Shown here: positions 1 to 8,663 of the stretch, one piece after another
How the letters are laid out: each line of letters starts with the position of its first letter
Position numbering within the stretch: position 1 is the stretch's first letter
Assembly: GCA_934276735.1 (NCBI GenBank)
Contig: CAKQTG010000002.1
Location: 270,638-334,637 of the forward strand
Direction: 5' to 3'
DNA: 64,000 nucleotides
From: an uncultured Alphaproteobacteria bacterium
Lineage (GTDB): Bacteria; Pseudomonadota; Alphaproteobacteria; Rs-D84
Made by a program: the position numbers and the translations under genes
Notes under the pieces: generated by a model
Told to the model about the DNA's origin: nothing
Database searches by the model: none
Seen by the model: the letters and a program-made list of their open reading frames with translations, nothing else

Positions 1-11
1 ACAGTTTTTAC

Positions 12-794
12 TTGGCTGGCATGCGTGCAGGAATTCCGGCAGGCATTTTAGCCGACGTATATGATTTGCTGGCATTTGAAATGGACTTTGAACGTGATGT
101 TCGCGCGGGCCAAAAATTCTCGGTTTTATATGAAGAAAATTTTTCCAGCGGTCAGAAAATTGATAACGGTCGTGTCCTGGCAGTCCAATTCCAGGCACTG
201 CGCGGCGATGTCAAAATGTATCGCTTTCGCAAATCTGACGGCACCTCAGGCTATTATGACGAAGACGGTAATGGTGCAATAAAATCACTGAAACGCACGC
301 CAATAAACAATGCTAAAATCACCAGCAGTTTTTCTGGTCGACGCAAACACCCAGTGCTGGGCTTTACCCGTGCACACAAGGGTGTGGATTTCCGCGCATC
401 GACTGGGACGCCAATTCCTGCTGCGGGTGCCGGTCGCGTTGTTGCACGTGGATACAACCGAGGGCACGGAAACTTTATAAAACTGCGTCACAATGGTTCG
501 TATGAAACATTATATGCACACATGTCACGCTTTGCCAAGGGTGTTGTTGTTGGAACCGCTGTGCGCCAGGGGCAAACCGTTGGCTATGTTGGATCAACCG
601 GATTGTCTACGGGGCCACACTTGCATTATGAAATTATTAAAAATGGCAAACACGTCAACCCGATGACGGTTAAATTGCCCGCTATCAGCAATCTGGATTC
701 GGCAAACAAAAAGAAATTCTTGGAATATCGCAAAACATTGGATACGGCGATGGAACGCCTGGGGAATAATCCGAATTTATATATTCAATTATAA
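12..794 (+). CDS. M23 family metallopeptidase (LytM-like), probably truncated at the window start
   Basis: The C-terminal region reads HKGVDF...GSTGLSTGPHLHYEI, a typical M23 zinc-peptidase signature. The ORF runs from the window edge. Confidence 0.7.
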   Translation: MAGMRAGIPAGILADVYDLLAFEMDFERDVRAGQKFSVLYEENFSSGQKIDNGRVLAVQFQALRGDVKMYRFRKSDGTSGYYDEDGNGAIKSLKRTPINNAKITSSFSGRRKHPVLGFTRAHKGVDFRASTGTPIPAAGAGRVVARGYNRGHGNFIKLRHNGSYETLYAHMSRFAKGVVVGTAVRQGQTVGYVGSTGLSTGPHLHYEIIKNGKHVNPMTVKLPAISNLDSANKKKFLEYRKTLDTAMERLGNNPNLYIQL

Positions 795-796
795 AA

Positions 797-826
797 AACG
801 GGGCGTTTGCCCCGTTTTTTGTTTTG
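797..826 (+). terminator. rho-independent terminator
   Basis: The sequence aaaaaacggggcgtttgccccgttttttgtttt forms a GC hairpin followed by a T-run. Confidence 0.6.
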
Positions 827-830
827 TGCC

Positions 831-1580
831 CTATTTTGTTTTCTGGGGCATTGTGGCCAGGCGAGCAAATTCGCGTTCCAGACACGCCTTTAACCGCGGA
901 CTGTTGTTATGTGGCGCGACGTGAATTTCGGGTAATGCGCCCTGCTCTTGTATTCCGTATGCGATGATTTCAGATTTTTCATTGAAATAAACCAATGCGG
1001 TCGCGTGTTCCTGGTTTATCAATTTATAATCAAATGTCGCCTGGTATGCCGATGCAATTTCACGACAACGGTTGCGAACCTTGGGCAGCGCATAAAACAT
1101 CGGCACCACTGTACACGCAGGTTTTTTTGCCACCTGTTTTAACATATTGTTTGACAGCGTTGCCCCAACAGGAACCTGGGAATATCCCATTTTGCAATAG
1201 AACTGAACCGCGTGCGCCAAAGAAATCAATTCAATATTTTTTGCACCGATAATACGTTCCACCTGGGTCAACAATCTGCGCCCGACACCACGTCCCTGGT
1301 ATTCTGGGCGAACATACAAACTGTACACGCATACGTCGCCGTCAAAGCAACTGCCACGGGCAAACCCAATCATTTTGTTGATATCATACGCCGCAAATGC
1401 GAATTTCGCCCCAGACAACGACCAATACCGTTTCAGGTCACGTTTAACCCACAAATCTTCGTCTGGGGACAATGAAAACTTATAGTTATGTTCCAACGCC
1501 GCCGCACGAATACTGATAAAATCGTCCCAAATTTTGGGTGCAGCCTGGTCAAATATTGGAAATATTTTTATTTCGCTCAT
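831..1580 (-). CDS. GNAT family N-acetyltransferase with an N-terminal extra domain
   Basis: The motif RPEYQGRGVGRRLL is an acetyl-CoA binding Q/RxxGxG/A motif. The start was trimmed to MSEIKI (ATG at 1580). Confidence 0.55.
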   Translation of the reverse strand: MSEIKIFPIFDQAAPKIWDDFISIRAAALEHNYKFSLSPDEDLWVKRDLKRYWSLSGAKFAFAAYDINKMIGFARGSCFDGDVCVYSLYVRPEYQGRGVGRRLLTQVERIIGAKNIELISLAHAVQFYCKMGYSQVPVGATLSNNMLKQVAKKPACTVVPMFYALPKVRNRCREIASAYQATFDYKLINQEHATALVYFNEKSEIIAYGIQEQGALPEIHVAPHNNSPRLKACLEREFARLATMPQKTK

Positions 1581-1612
1581 ACTGGCGAATGTAATACACA
1601 ACTATTATTTTG

Positions 1613-2344
1613 TCAATATTTGATTTCAAGATTCTTGAAATCATCGTGCGTTGCGCCCGGAACAATCACAATATCCGAATCGCGCGCAAACCCAATCGTC
1701 AATTGCATTGGGACAACACGGTCACGCGTGCCGACATAGTGCAACTGGGGCACATCGGGCAACGCATCCATATCCAGCGACCGCGTCAACGGCGTATCAC
1801 CAAAATGCGCCGTCCATGCACCATGATTCAGGACACCCCCAATTGTAATCCACCGCATGACGTTTATTTCCGGGTGCCGCGTTATAACCAGGCCTGACAC
1901 CATCGCGCCGCCCGAATATCCAACCAACACAACAGGACGCGCACCGGCCACAGATTTTATTGCCGCTGCCACAGAATCAATAACATCGGCCGAAAAACGT
2001 CCGTCGGTCCAATCATGGCGCGAACAGGCGGGCGACATAATAAACTGGCACGGGCGCGCGATATACACGACGTTTGCCGCCGTATCACGCGTGGCCAAAT
2101 CGCGCACAAATGTGCCACGCGGCGTCGGGTCGGACGTTGGACGGCCACTGGAATTAAATGCGTGACCGTCACCTTCTATATAAATATGCGTTGGGGCGCG
2201 TGTGTCGGTGATTTTTTGCCACGTGGCAATTTGGTATTTACCTGCATCAACTGTTATCGGCGCGAATCCCAACAATTCGCCACGGGGCGCATGCGCGCAA
2301 GCGCATAAAACCAATACAAACAAAATCCACAGACGACGTATCAT
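1613..2344 (-). CDS. secreted alpha/beta-hydrolase fold protein
   Basis: There is a signal peptide, MIRRLWILFVLVLCACAHA. GYSGG is a nucleophile-elbow motif of the GxSxG type. Confidence 0.45.
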   Translation of the reverse strand: MIRRLWILFVLVLCACAHAPRGELLGFAPITVDAGKYQIATWQKITDTRAPTHIYIEGDGHAFNSSGRPTSDPTPRGTFVRDLATRDTAANVVYIARPCQFIMSPACSRHDWTDGRFSADVIDSVAAAIKSVAGARPVVLVGYSGGAMVSGLVITRHPEINVMRWITIGGVLNHGAWTAHFGDTPLTRSLDMDALPDVPQLHYVGTRDRVVPMQLTIGFARDSDIVIVPGATHDDFKNLEIKY

Positions 2345-2493
2345 TACTGGTATATATCATAGCCCGAATAACGCCCCGACGTCAAACCATATGCGCGGCG
2401 AACATTTGACAAAAACAATTGACAAAATACTTGACAAATAATATTTTTAGACTATTATTTCGATAAACAAAACGAACTAATAAAGGTGAATCC

Positions 2494-3252
2494 ATGTTCA
2501 ACAAATTAAAAATGAAAATCGCCGCCCGTCGCGTAGAACGCAAAAAGGCCCGCACGTCTGCAAAGCGTGGCACCGCCCGCAAGGCGCAAAAGAAAACGTT
2601 CTGGGGCCGCGTCCGCGAAATTGTATGCGCACCATTTAAATTCATCGCGCGCGTTGTTCACCGCATATGGGCATGGATTTGCCGCATTGATTTAATTGGA
2701 TTGGTAAATCTGACATTGTTGATTGCAATTATCGTCCTGTTCACAATGCTGATTGTGGACATTGTGCGCGCCCGTCGCACACCAAACGTCGTTGTGATTG
2801 AACAGCCGGTTGCCGCCACCGTTGTAAAGCCAACACCGCGTCGCCCGGTCCAAGTCGTCCCAACCCCAACATTACCGATTAAACGCACCGCGAACCGCGA
2901 ATACGTCGCCACCCCGGTCAGCGTTACAAACGTAAAACCGTGCCAGGCCACAATCCGCCAGACCGCACGTATGGGTCGCGACCTGTATGGGGACATCATT
3001 ATTGACCACCGCGACAGCGCGACAATCCTGCGCAGTGGTGATACCGTCCGCGGCAACCTGTATCTGCAAAACATGCGCAAATACACACTGCCCTGCGGTG
3101 TCCGTATCGAAGGCAACCTGTTCTTGCGCGATGTGAATATGGTGCAATTCTGTGGTGCGTTCACTGTTACCGGTAATATTTATGTCAGTCCGAAATCATC
3201 GTTTGGCCCACTGCCACGCACGGCGCGTCTGGGCGGCCAGGTGATTTTGTAA
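2494..3252 (+). CDS. membrane-anchored hypothetical protein with a repeat-containing C-terminal domain
   Basis: The N-terminus is basic (KKARTSAKRGTARKAQKK) and is followed by one TM helix. The C-terminus has GNLYLQN, GNLFLRD and GNIYV repeats suggestive of a beta-solenoid. A terminator hairpin lies at 3270-3305. Confidence 0.4.
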   Translation: MFNKLKMKIAARRVERKKARTSAKRGTARKAQKKTFWGRVREIVCAPFKFIARVVHRIWAWICRIDLIGLVNLTLLIAIIVLFTMLIVDIVRARRTPNVVVIEQPVAATVVKPTPRRPVQVVPTPTLPIKRTANREYVATPVSVTNVKPCQATIRQTARMGRDLYGDIIIDHRDSATILRSGDTVRGNLYLQNMRKYTLPCGVRIEGNLFLRDVNMVQFCGAFTVTGNIYVSPKSSFGPLPRTARLGGQVIL

Positions 3253-3378
3253 CCAGAAATTGTTCATATCTCCCTTGAACATAACCGCGGGATGTCCCGC
3301 GGTTTTTTATCATATATATTTTTGAAATCGCATTTTTTTGTGATATAATAAACATATCCAAACGAAAGGAATTATATC

Positions 3379-3627
3379 ATGAAAACAGCAGAGAAAATTT
3401 TAAATGTATTGGCCAAGAATTTGGGCTATACGGTTGTATTGGTTGCGGCGATTATATTGTTTGCAATCTTTTCCGATGGCCTGATTGATGGCGTCATAAC
3501 GGCACTGTCCGCGGTTATCGGATACACATGCGTCGTTATGTTATACAAAGAGTTCGCAAAAGAATCGGCAAAAAAGCCTGTGAAAGCCACAGCGCAAAAG
3601 AAACCGGTTTCGAAAAAGCGAAAGTAA
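3379..3627 (+). CDS. small membrane protein with a lysine-rich tail
   Basis: The 82 aa product has two hydrophobic helices. A terminator follows at 3645-3680. Confidence 0.35.
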   Translation: MKTAEKILNVLAKNLGYTVVLVAAIILFAIFSDGLIDGVITALSAVIGYTCVVMLYKEFAKESAKKPVKATAQKKPVSKKRK

Positions 3628-3694
3628 GGAACCCAAAACCTGAACGAAAAAATCGCCCATCCCCGGGCGATTTTTTTCATTATGATTTTTTTTA

Positions 3695-4027
3695 TTATTT
3701 TTCTGGGGCCACGTCTGGCAATTCCGCCGGGGCCACTGGCGCGCCGTCTTGCTGTAAAATTTCCTGGCGCAATTCGGATTGACGGGACGCAACATCTGAT
3801 TTTGATGCAACCAACGCCAATGCCGCGCACAGAATAAAGAAAATCGTCGCCAACCACGCTGTCAACTTGGTCAAGAAATTACCAGCCGCCGCACCCGTCA
3901 ACGCGCCACCAAACATTGATGCCGCCGCCGACCCGGACATACCGCTGCCCTCGGATTTCTGTAACAAGATGACGCCAATCATAAATACTGCGACAATTAT
4001 CAACAATACCAACAAAATAGAAAACAT
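3695..4027 (-). CDS. secG: preprotein translocase subunit SecG
   Basis: The 110 aa product reads LLQKSEGSGMSGSAAASMFGG...FLTKLTAWLA, which matches the characteristic SecG pattern. Confidence 0.7.
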   Translation of the reverse strand: MFSILLVLLIIVAVFMIGVILLQKSEGSGMSGSAAASMFGGALTGAAAGNFLTKLTAWLATIFFILCAALALVASKSDVASRQSELRQEILQQDGAPVAPAELPDVAPEK

Positions 4028-4079
4028 TATTTATCCCCTGGGTTATATTTAATTTTACTTGATTCTAGACACCCGGCAC

Positions 4080-4712
4080 CTAAATTGCAAGGATTTTCAG
4101 CAACGCGTCCGCGGCGTTTATACTGGCCACCTTTTTAGATGACCCGGTGGCGTCCGCGGTGTGACCCAATGCCGTCACACGCACATGGAAAACCGGACTG
4201 TGCGATGCGCCCGTCTGTTCCAAGAATTCATATACCGGCAATGCACCATCGCCACGTTTCTGGACCAGTTCCTGTAATGCGGTTTTGGCATCTTTGGGTG
4301 CGGTGGCATCGGCCGCCGCCAATTCGCGCCAGAACGATATTATCACCGCGCGCGCCGCATCAAACCCGCCATCGATAAAGATTGCACCGAAAATCGCCTC
4401 CATCGCGTTAGCCATGATATGACGGATACGACCGCCGGTCATATGTCCGTGCCGAATATGCGACGCCAGTTTCAATTTATCAGCAACCGACGCCAGTGTT
4501 TCTGTGGATACCAGCATTGCATGGCGACGCGCCAGTTCGCCTTCGGCCTCGGCCGGGTACATTTCATACAGCAATGCCGCCACCGTCAGTCCCAGCACAC
4601 GGTCCCCAATGAATTCCAGGCGTTCATTATTATGCGCCCCATCGGCCCCCGACTGGGTCAGTGCCAAATCCAATAATTCCGGATTCTTAAACGTGTAATT
4701 CAGTTTTTCCAA
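4080..4712 (-). CDS. rnc: ribonuclease III
   Basis: The ERLEFIGDRVLGL signature box is present, followed by a C-terminal dsRBD-like region. Confidence 0.85.
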   Translation of the reverse strand: MEKLNYTFKNPELLDLALTQSGADGAHNNERLEFIGDRVLGLTVAALLYEMYPAEAEGELARRHAMLVSTETLASVADKLKLASHIRHGHMTGGRIRHIMANAMEAIFGAIFIDGGFDAARAVIISFWRELAAADATAPKDAKTALQELVQKRGDGALPVYEFLEQTGASHSPVFHVRVTALGHTADATGSSKKVASINAADALLKILAI

Positions 4713-4713
4713 T

Positions 4714-5592
4714 TTACTTTACCCCCATGCCAAATCTGTCCCAGCGCATTTTGCTGTTCCAATTCCATACCGCAATCATTGGCGAATAATAGTTGTGTGA
4801 ATACCATATAAACCACGCCGGTCCCAACACATTATCACGTGGGACAAAGCCAACGTCGGCACGACTGTCCAAACTGTTATCGCGATTGTCACCCATAAAG
4901 AAATAGTGATTTTCAGGTACCGTGAACAACGGCGTGTTATCCAGGGGCGCGTCATCAGATGCCTCGATAATACTGTGCTGGACACCATTTGGTAATGTTT
5001 CAGTGTATTCGGTCATATGGAATACCCCGCACGCCCCGTCATACATACGGCACAGACGGTCATCTTTGTATTCAATTGTATAATTAAATGGCGCAGGCGC
5101 ATTATCAATCCAAATTTTGTTGCCCTTTATCGACATATTGTCCTGGTAATAGCCGACACTGCGTAACGATTTCGGCAGGTTCGCGACAATGTATTCACCC
5201 TTTTTTTCGCGCGGGACAATTGTGCCATTTATATACAGCCGCCCATCAATCATTTGCACCGTATCACCCGGCACGGCAATCAGACGTTTAATATAATCCT
5301 GGGATTCGTTGACGGGATTGCGAAATACCACCACATCGCCAACCGACGGATTATGCCCCCAAAATCGACCGTTCCACATTTTCCATGAACCAAACGGGAA
5401 CGAATAACGGGAATATCCATATGACCACTTTTGCACAAAGATATGATCCCCCACATGCAATGTCGGTATCATAGAGCCCGACGGGATATTAAACGGTTCC
5501 AGCAAAAAACTGCGAAAGATAATCGCAATCAACGCACCATAGAATATCGTGTTAAACCATTCACGCGCAGCATTAGTATTTTTCAGTGGCAT
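4714..5592 (-). CDS. lepB: signal peptidase I
   Basis: PSGSMIPTL supplies the catalytic Ser box. There is an N-terminal TM helix, and the gene lies immediately upstream of rnc in the conserved lepB-rnc arrangement. Confidence 0.85.
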   Translation of the reverse strand: MPLKNTNAAREWFNTIFYGALIAIIFRSFLLEPFNIPSGSMIPTLHVGDHIFVQKWSYGYSRYSFPFGSWKMWNGRFWGHNPSVGDVVVFRNPVNESQDYIKRLIAVPGDTVQMIDGRLYINGTIVPREKKGEYIVANLPKSLRSVGYYQDNMSIKGNKIWIDNAPAPFNYTIEYKDDRLCRMYDGACGVFHMTEYTETLPNGVQHSIIEASDDAPLDNTPLFTVPENHYFFMGDNRDNSLDSRADVGFVPRDNVLGPAWFIWYSHNYYSPMIAVWNWNSKMRWDRFGMGVK

Positions 5593-5665
5593 TTCTGTAT
5601 TCCCCTTTGTAACACGGGGTATTTTATAACTTGAATTGATTCAGCGCAAGTTTTAATATGCGAAT

Positions 5666-7192
5666 ATGATTTCACTGAATTCAATTATATTTAATGGGAT
5701 GGACGCCACGCGCATTGACGTCCAGGTTCAACTGGCGTCGGGCCTGTCCAGTCCGGAATTTAATATCATTGGCCTGGCTGACCGCGCGGTCAAGGAATCA
5801 GCAGAACGTATAAAAAGCGTATTGGGGGCACTGAACATAACAATGCCACCGAAAAGATTGACTGTAAACCTGTCGCCAGCAGACGTGGAAAAGACTGGCG
5901 CACATTTTGACCTGCCGATACTGTGCGGGATATTGTGCGCACTAGGTATTTTGCCCGAAGATAAACTGTCTCATTACCTGATATTGGGCGAAGTTGGCCT
6001 GAACGGCACAATCGTTCGCACCGATGGCGTTTTACCCGCCAGTGTGTGGGCGCGCCGCAATGGCCTGGGCGTGATTTGCCCCGCGCCCCAGGGGACCGAG
6101 GCCCGCCTGTCCGGGCATGCCGATATTTTGGCACCGGGGCACGTGTTGGAATTGATAAATCACTTTAATGGGACAAATGTCCTGTCTGCGCCCGACGCCG
6201 CACCCAATTATGCGCCCACCACCACATATGGCGACATGTCCGAGGTACACGGCCAAGCCGCCGCAAAACGCGCACTGGAAATCGCCGCGGCTGGTGGTCA
6301 CGCAATGCTGATGGTTGGGCCACCGGGGTCGGGAAAAACAATGCTGGCGTCACGATTGCCAGGAATTATGCCGGAAATGACCGCCGATGAAATTCTGGAA
6401 ACATCAATAATATATTCTATTGCTGGACTGTTGGGGACGCGCGGGCTGATTACTACGCGCCCATTTCGTAGCGTCCACCACACTGCGTCCCAGGTTGCAC
6501 TGGCAGGTGGTGGCGCAAACGCACGTCCTGGCGAAATATCACTGGCGCATAATGGCGTGCTGTTTTTGGACGAATTGCCAGAATTTAATCGCGCGACGCT
6601 AGAAATCCTGCGACAGCCGATGGAGTCTGGAAAAATTATGATTTCGCGTGCGAAAAATACCGCAACATATCCAGCACGATTCCAGCTGATTGCAGCGATG
6701 AATCCGTGTCCATGCGGACATCTGGGCAATGCCGCCCTGTCCTGTTCGCGTGCGCCCCGTTGCGCCGAAGCATACCAGAACAAAATATCAGGGCCACTGT
6801 TAGATCGAATAGACTTGCATGTTGATGTTGACCCGGTAAATCCCTGGGAAATGAATAATACTGACAACACACCACGCGAAAACAGTGCGCAAATCCGCAC
6901 CCGTGTTGTCGCCGCATATAAACGCCAGATTGTGCGCCAGGGTTGCCAGAATGCGCATCTGGACGGCACGGCATTGGACGCGGCGGCGACACTGGCACCA
7001 GAACTGCAAAACTTTTTAAACACTGCCGCAGAAAAGATGGGAATGTCGGCACGCGGATATAACCGCGTTCGTCGCATTGCACGTACAATTGCCGATTTGG
7101 CCGGACGCAACGAAATTGAAATGGGTGACATTGCCGAGGCGTTATCATACCGCCCCATCAATCGCGGAAAATATGGTGCAAACATTAAGTGA
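5666..7192 (+). CDS. YifB/ComM family Mg-chelatase-like AAA+ ATPase
   Basis: Walker A is GPPGSGKT and Walker B is LFLDELPEF. A zinc-finger-like CPCG motif is present. Confidence 0.8.
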   Translation: MISLNSIIFNGMDATRIDVQVQLASGLSSPEFNIIGLADRAVKESAERIKSVLGALNITMPPKRLTVNLSPADVEKTGAHFDLPILCGILCALGILPEDKLSHYLILGEVGLNGTIVRTDGVLPASVWARRNGLGVICPAPQGTEARLSGHADILAPGHVLELINHFNGTNVLSAPDAAPNYAPTTTYGDMSEVHGQAAAKRALEIAAAGGHAMLMVGPPGSGKTMLASRLPGIMPEMTADEILETSIIYSIAGLLGTRGLITTRPFRSVHHTASQVALAGGGANARPGEISLAHNGVLFLDELPEFNRATLEILRQPMESGKIMISRAKNTATYPARFQLIAAMNPCPCGHLGNAALSCSRAPRCAEAYQNKISGPLLDRIDLHVDVDPVNPWEMNNTDNTPRENSAQIRTRVVAAYKRQIVRQGCQNAHLDGTALDAAATLAPELQNFLNTAAEKMGMSARGYNRVRRIARTIADLAGRNEIEMGDIAEALSYRPINRGKYGANIK

Positions 7193-7232
7193 GTAGTGAT
7201 AGAGTGACAAAGTGATAGAGTGATAAAGTGAA
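7188..7232. repeat. left inverted-repeat arm built of iterated GTGATA(R)A units
   Basis: agtgagtagtgatagagtgacaaagtgatagagtgataaagtg pairs with the reverse complement of 7592-7628. Confidence 0.6.
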
Positions 7233-7593
7233 AGAAAGCGTTCTGAAAATTAAATCCGAATTGTTTGCAGACAGAATTGTCAGGTTATTCAAATATCTGC
7301 AAACAACGCATTCCGAATTTGTGTTATCAAAACAAATTTTACGTTCTGGGACCAGCATGGGCGCCAATGTATCAGAGGCTGCTTTTGCCGCATCAAAAAA
7401 AGATTTTTTAGCAAAAATGATTATTGCAACCAAAGAATACAATGAAACTATTTTCTGGTTGCAAAGGTTAAAAAATGCACATTATTTGTCAGACGAACAA
7501 TTTACATCAATACATAATGATTGTCTAGAACTGGGACGTTTGCTGATGGCCACAACGCGCACGACCAAGGCATCAATATTATCAGACAAATAA
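7228..7593 (+). CDS. four-helix-bundle protein of the 23S rRNA intervening-sequence protein family
   Basis: The sequence LQTTHSEFVLSKQILRSGTSMGANVSEA...ETIFWLQ is typical of the four-helix-bundle/IVS protein family. The GTG start lies inside the repeat arm. Confidence 0.65.
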   Translation: MKESVLKIKSELFADRIVRLFKYLQTTHSEFVLSKQILRSGTSMGANVSEAAFAASKKDFLAKMIIATKEYNETIFWLQRLKNAHYLSDEQFTSIHNDCLELGRLLMATTRTTKASILSDK

Positions 7594-7628
7594 CTTTATC
7601 ACTAAATCACTTTATCACTTACTCACTA
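7592..7628. repeat. right inverted-repeat arm
   Basis: cactttatcactaaatcactttatcacttactcact is the reverse complement of the iterated left-arm motif. A bidirectional terminator hairpin follows at 7629-7660. Confidence 0.6.
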
Positions 7629-7652
7629 AAAAATGGGGCATCGCCCCATTTT

Positions 7653-8618
7653 TTAAAATTCGAATCGCAGGCCCAACATTATGTTGGTATATATTAAATT
7701 CTTGGCACTGAACCAATCGCGATGCTTGGTATCATCAGAATTTGTCAGTTGCCATTCAACCTTGGGGATATACATGGCGCGAATGCCAAAGTCCAAAAAT
7801 GTGTTTTCTGCCAATCCATATGACACACCGACCGCCGCCAATGCCGCAACCATAGAATTGCTTTTTTCGGCGCGATAGAATTGGAACACGCCATTATCAT
7901 CAGGTGTGCTGAAATCCTGTAACGTATACACCCCCGACAGGTCGCCATACGGATCCGACAGGTTCAGGACCGTCTGGACATCTGCATATCCAATACCAAA
8001 ACCAACGTATGGGATTACCGTCTGTAACGGTTTCTGCAACCCGTCAAAGAAATCATAGAACGCCATCGCACTGATGACATCGGTCGTTATGTCCGATTGG
8101 ACCGCGCCACTGCTGACAACAACAGGGTCGGTATACGCGCCATCAAACAGGGTTGTTTCACCCTCTAAGAAAGGCGAGTGGTTATATTCACTCTTGCTGA
8201 CGTGATCCCAGCCCACTTCTAATCGCCACTGGGGTCGATTTGGCAATGTCCAACCAACCGATGCACCGGCCGCAAATGCAAATGCGTCCAATTTATCGTC
8301 ACGGACCGGCAATTCACCCAGGTTTGCATACCCCGCAAATGTATAACCACTGCACCCGCCGGCGCGAACGCATATAATTTCAGGGAACGGCGCACCGCCA
8401 GATTCCATATAATACGCCGGGGTCAAATCACCCACGTCATTTTGAATTTTTGCCGTGCCGAACGACATGCCACCACGCACTGAAATAACAAAGCGCGAGC
8501 CATCATCACTGAACCAGCCATCGCCGATATATTCGCCATCATATTGCCAATTTGCATGGGCCGCACTTCCAAATAATGCGACGAAAATAGGTAACAAAAA
8601 TAAAAATCTTTTTCTCAT
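7653..8618 (-). CDS. outer-membrane beta-barrel protein
   Basis: The signal peptide is MRKRFLFLLPIFVALFGSAAHA. The protein has amphipathic beta-strand character and a C-terminal ...LGLRFEF ending in aromatic Phe. Confidence 0.55.
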   Translation of the reverse strand: MRKRFLFLLPIFVALFGSAAHANWQYDGEYIGDGWFSDDGSRFVISVRGGMSFGTAKIQNDVGDLTPAYYMESGGAPFPEIICVRAGGCSGYTFAGYANLGELPVRDDKLDAFAFAAGASVGWTLPNRPQWRLEVGWDHVSKSEYNHSPFLEGETTLFDGAYTDPVVVSSGAVQSDITTDVISAMAFYDFFDGLQKPLQTVIPYVGFGIGYADVQTVLNLSDPYGDLSGVYTLQDFSTPDDNGVFQFYRAEKSNSMVAALAAVGVSYGLAENTFLDFGIRAMYIPKVEWQLTNSDDTKHRDWFSAKNLIYTNIMLGLRFEF

Positions 8619-8663
8619 GTCAAATATTATATCACAAAACGCATATGATAAAAACAGATTTTA

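Noticed and set aside
6298-7185. A 295 aa minus-strand ORF antisense to yifB/comM. Similar long antisense ORFs lie inside ligA (13666-14487), ackA (43678-44340), the coiled-coil gene (40494-41135 and 41475-42221) and bamA (58021-58794).
   Set aside because: These are shadow ORFs fully embedded in well-supported genes on the opposite strand. They show no motifs and carry a biased Arg/Ala/Cys content.
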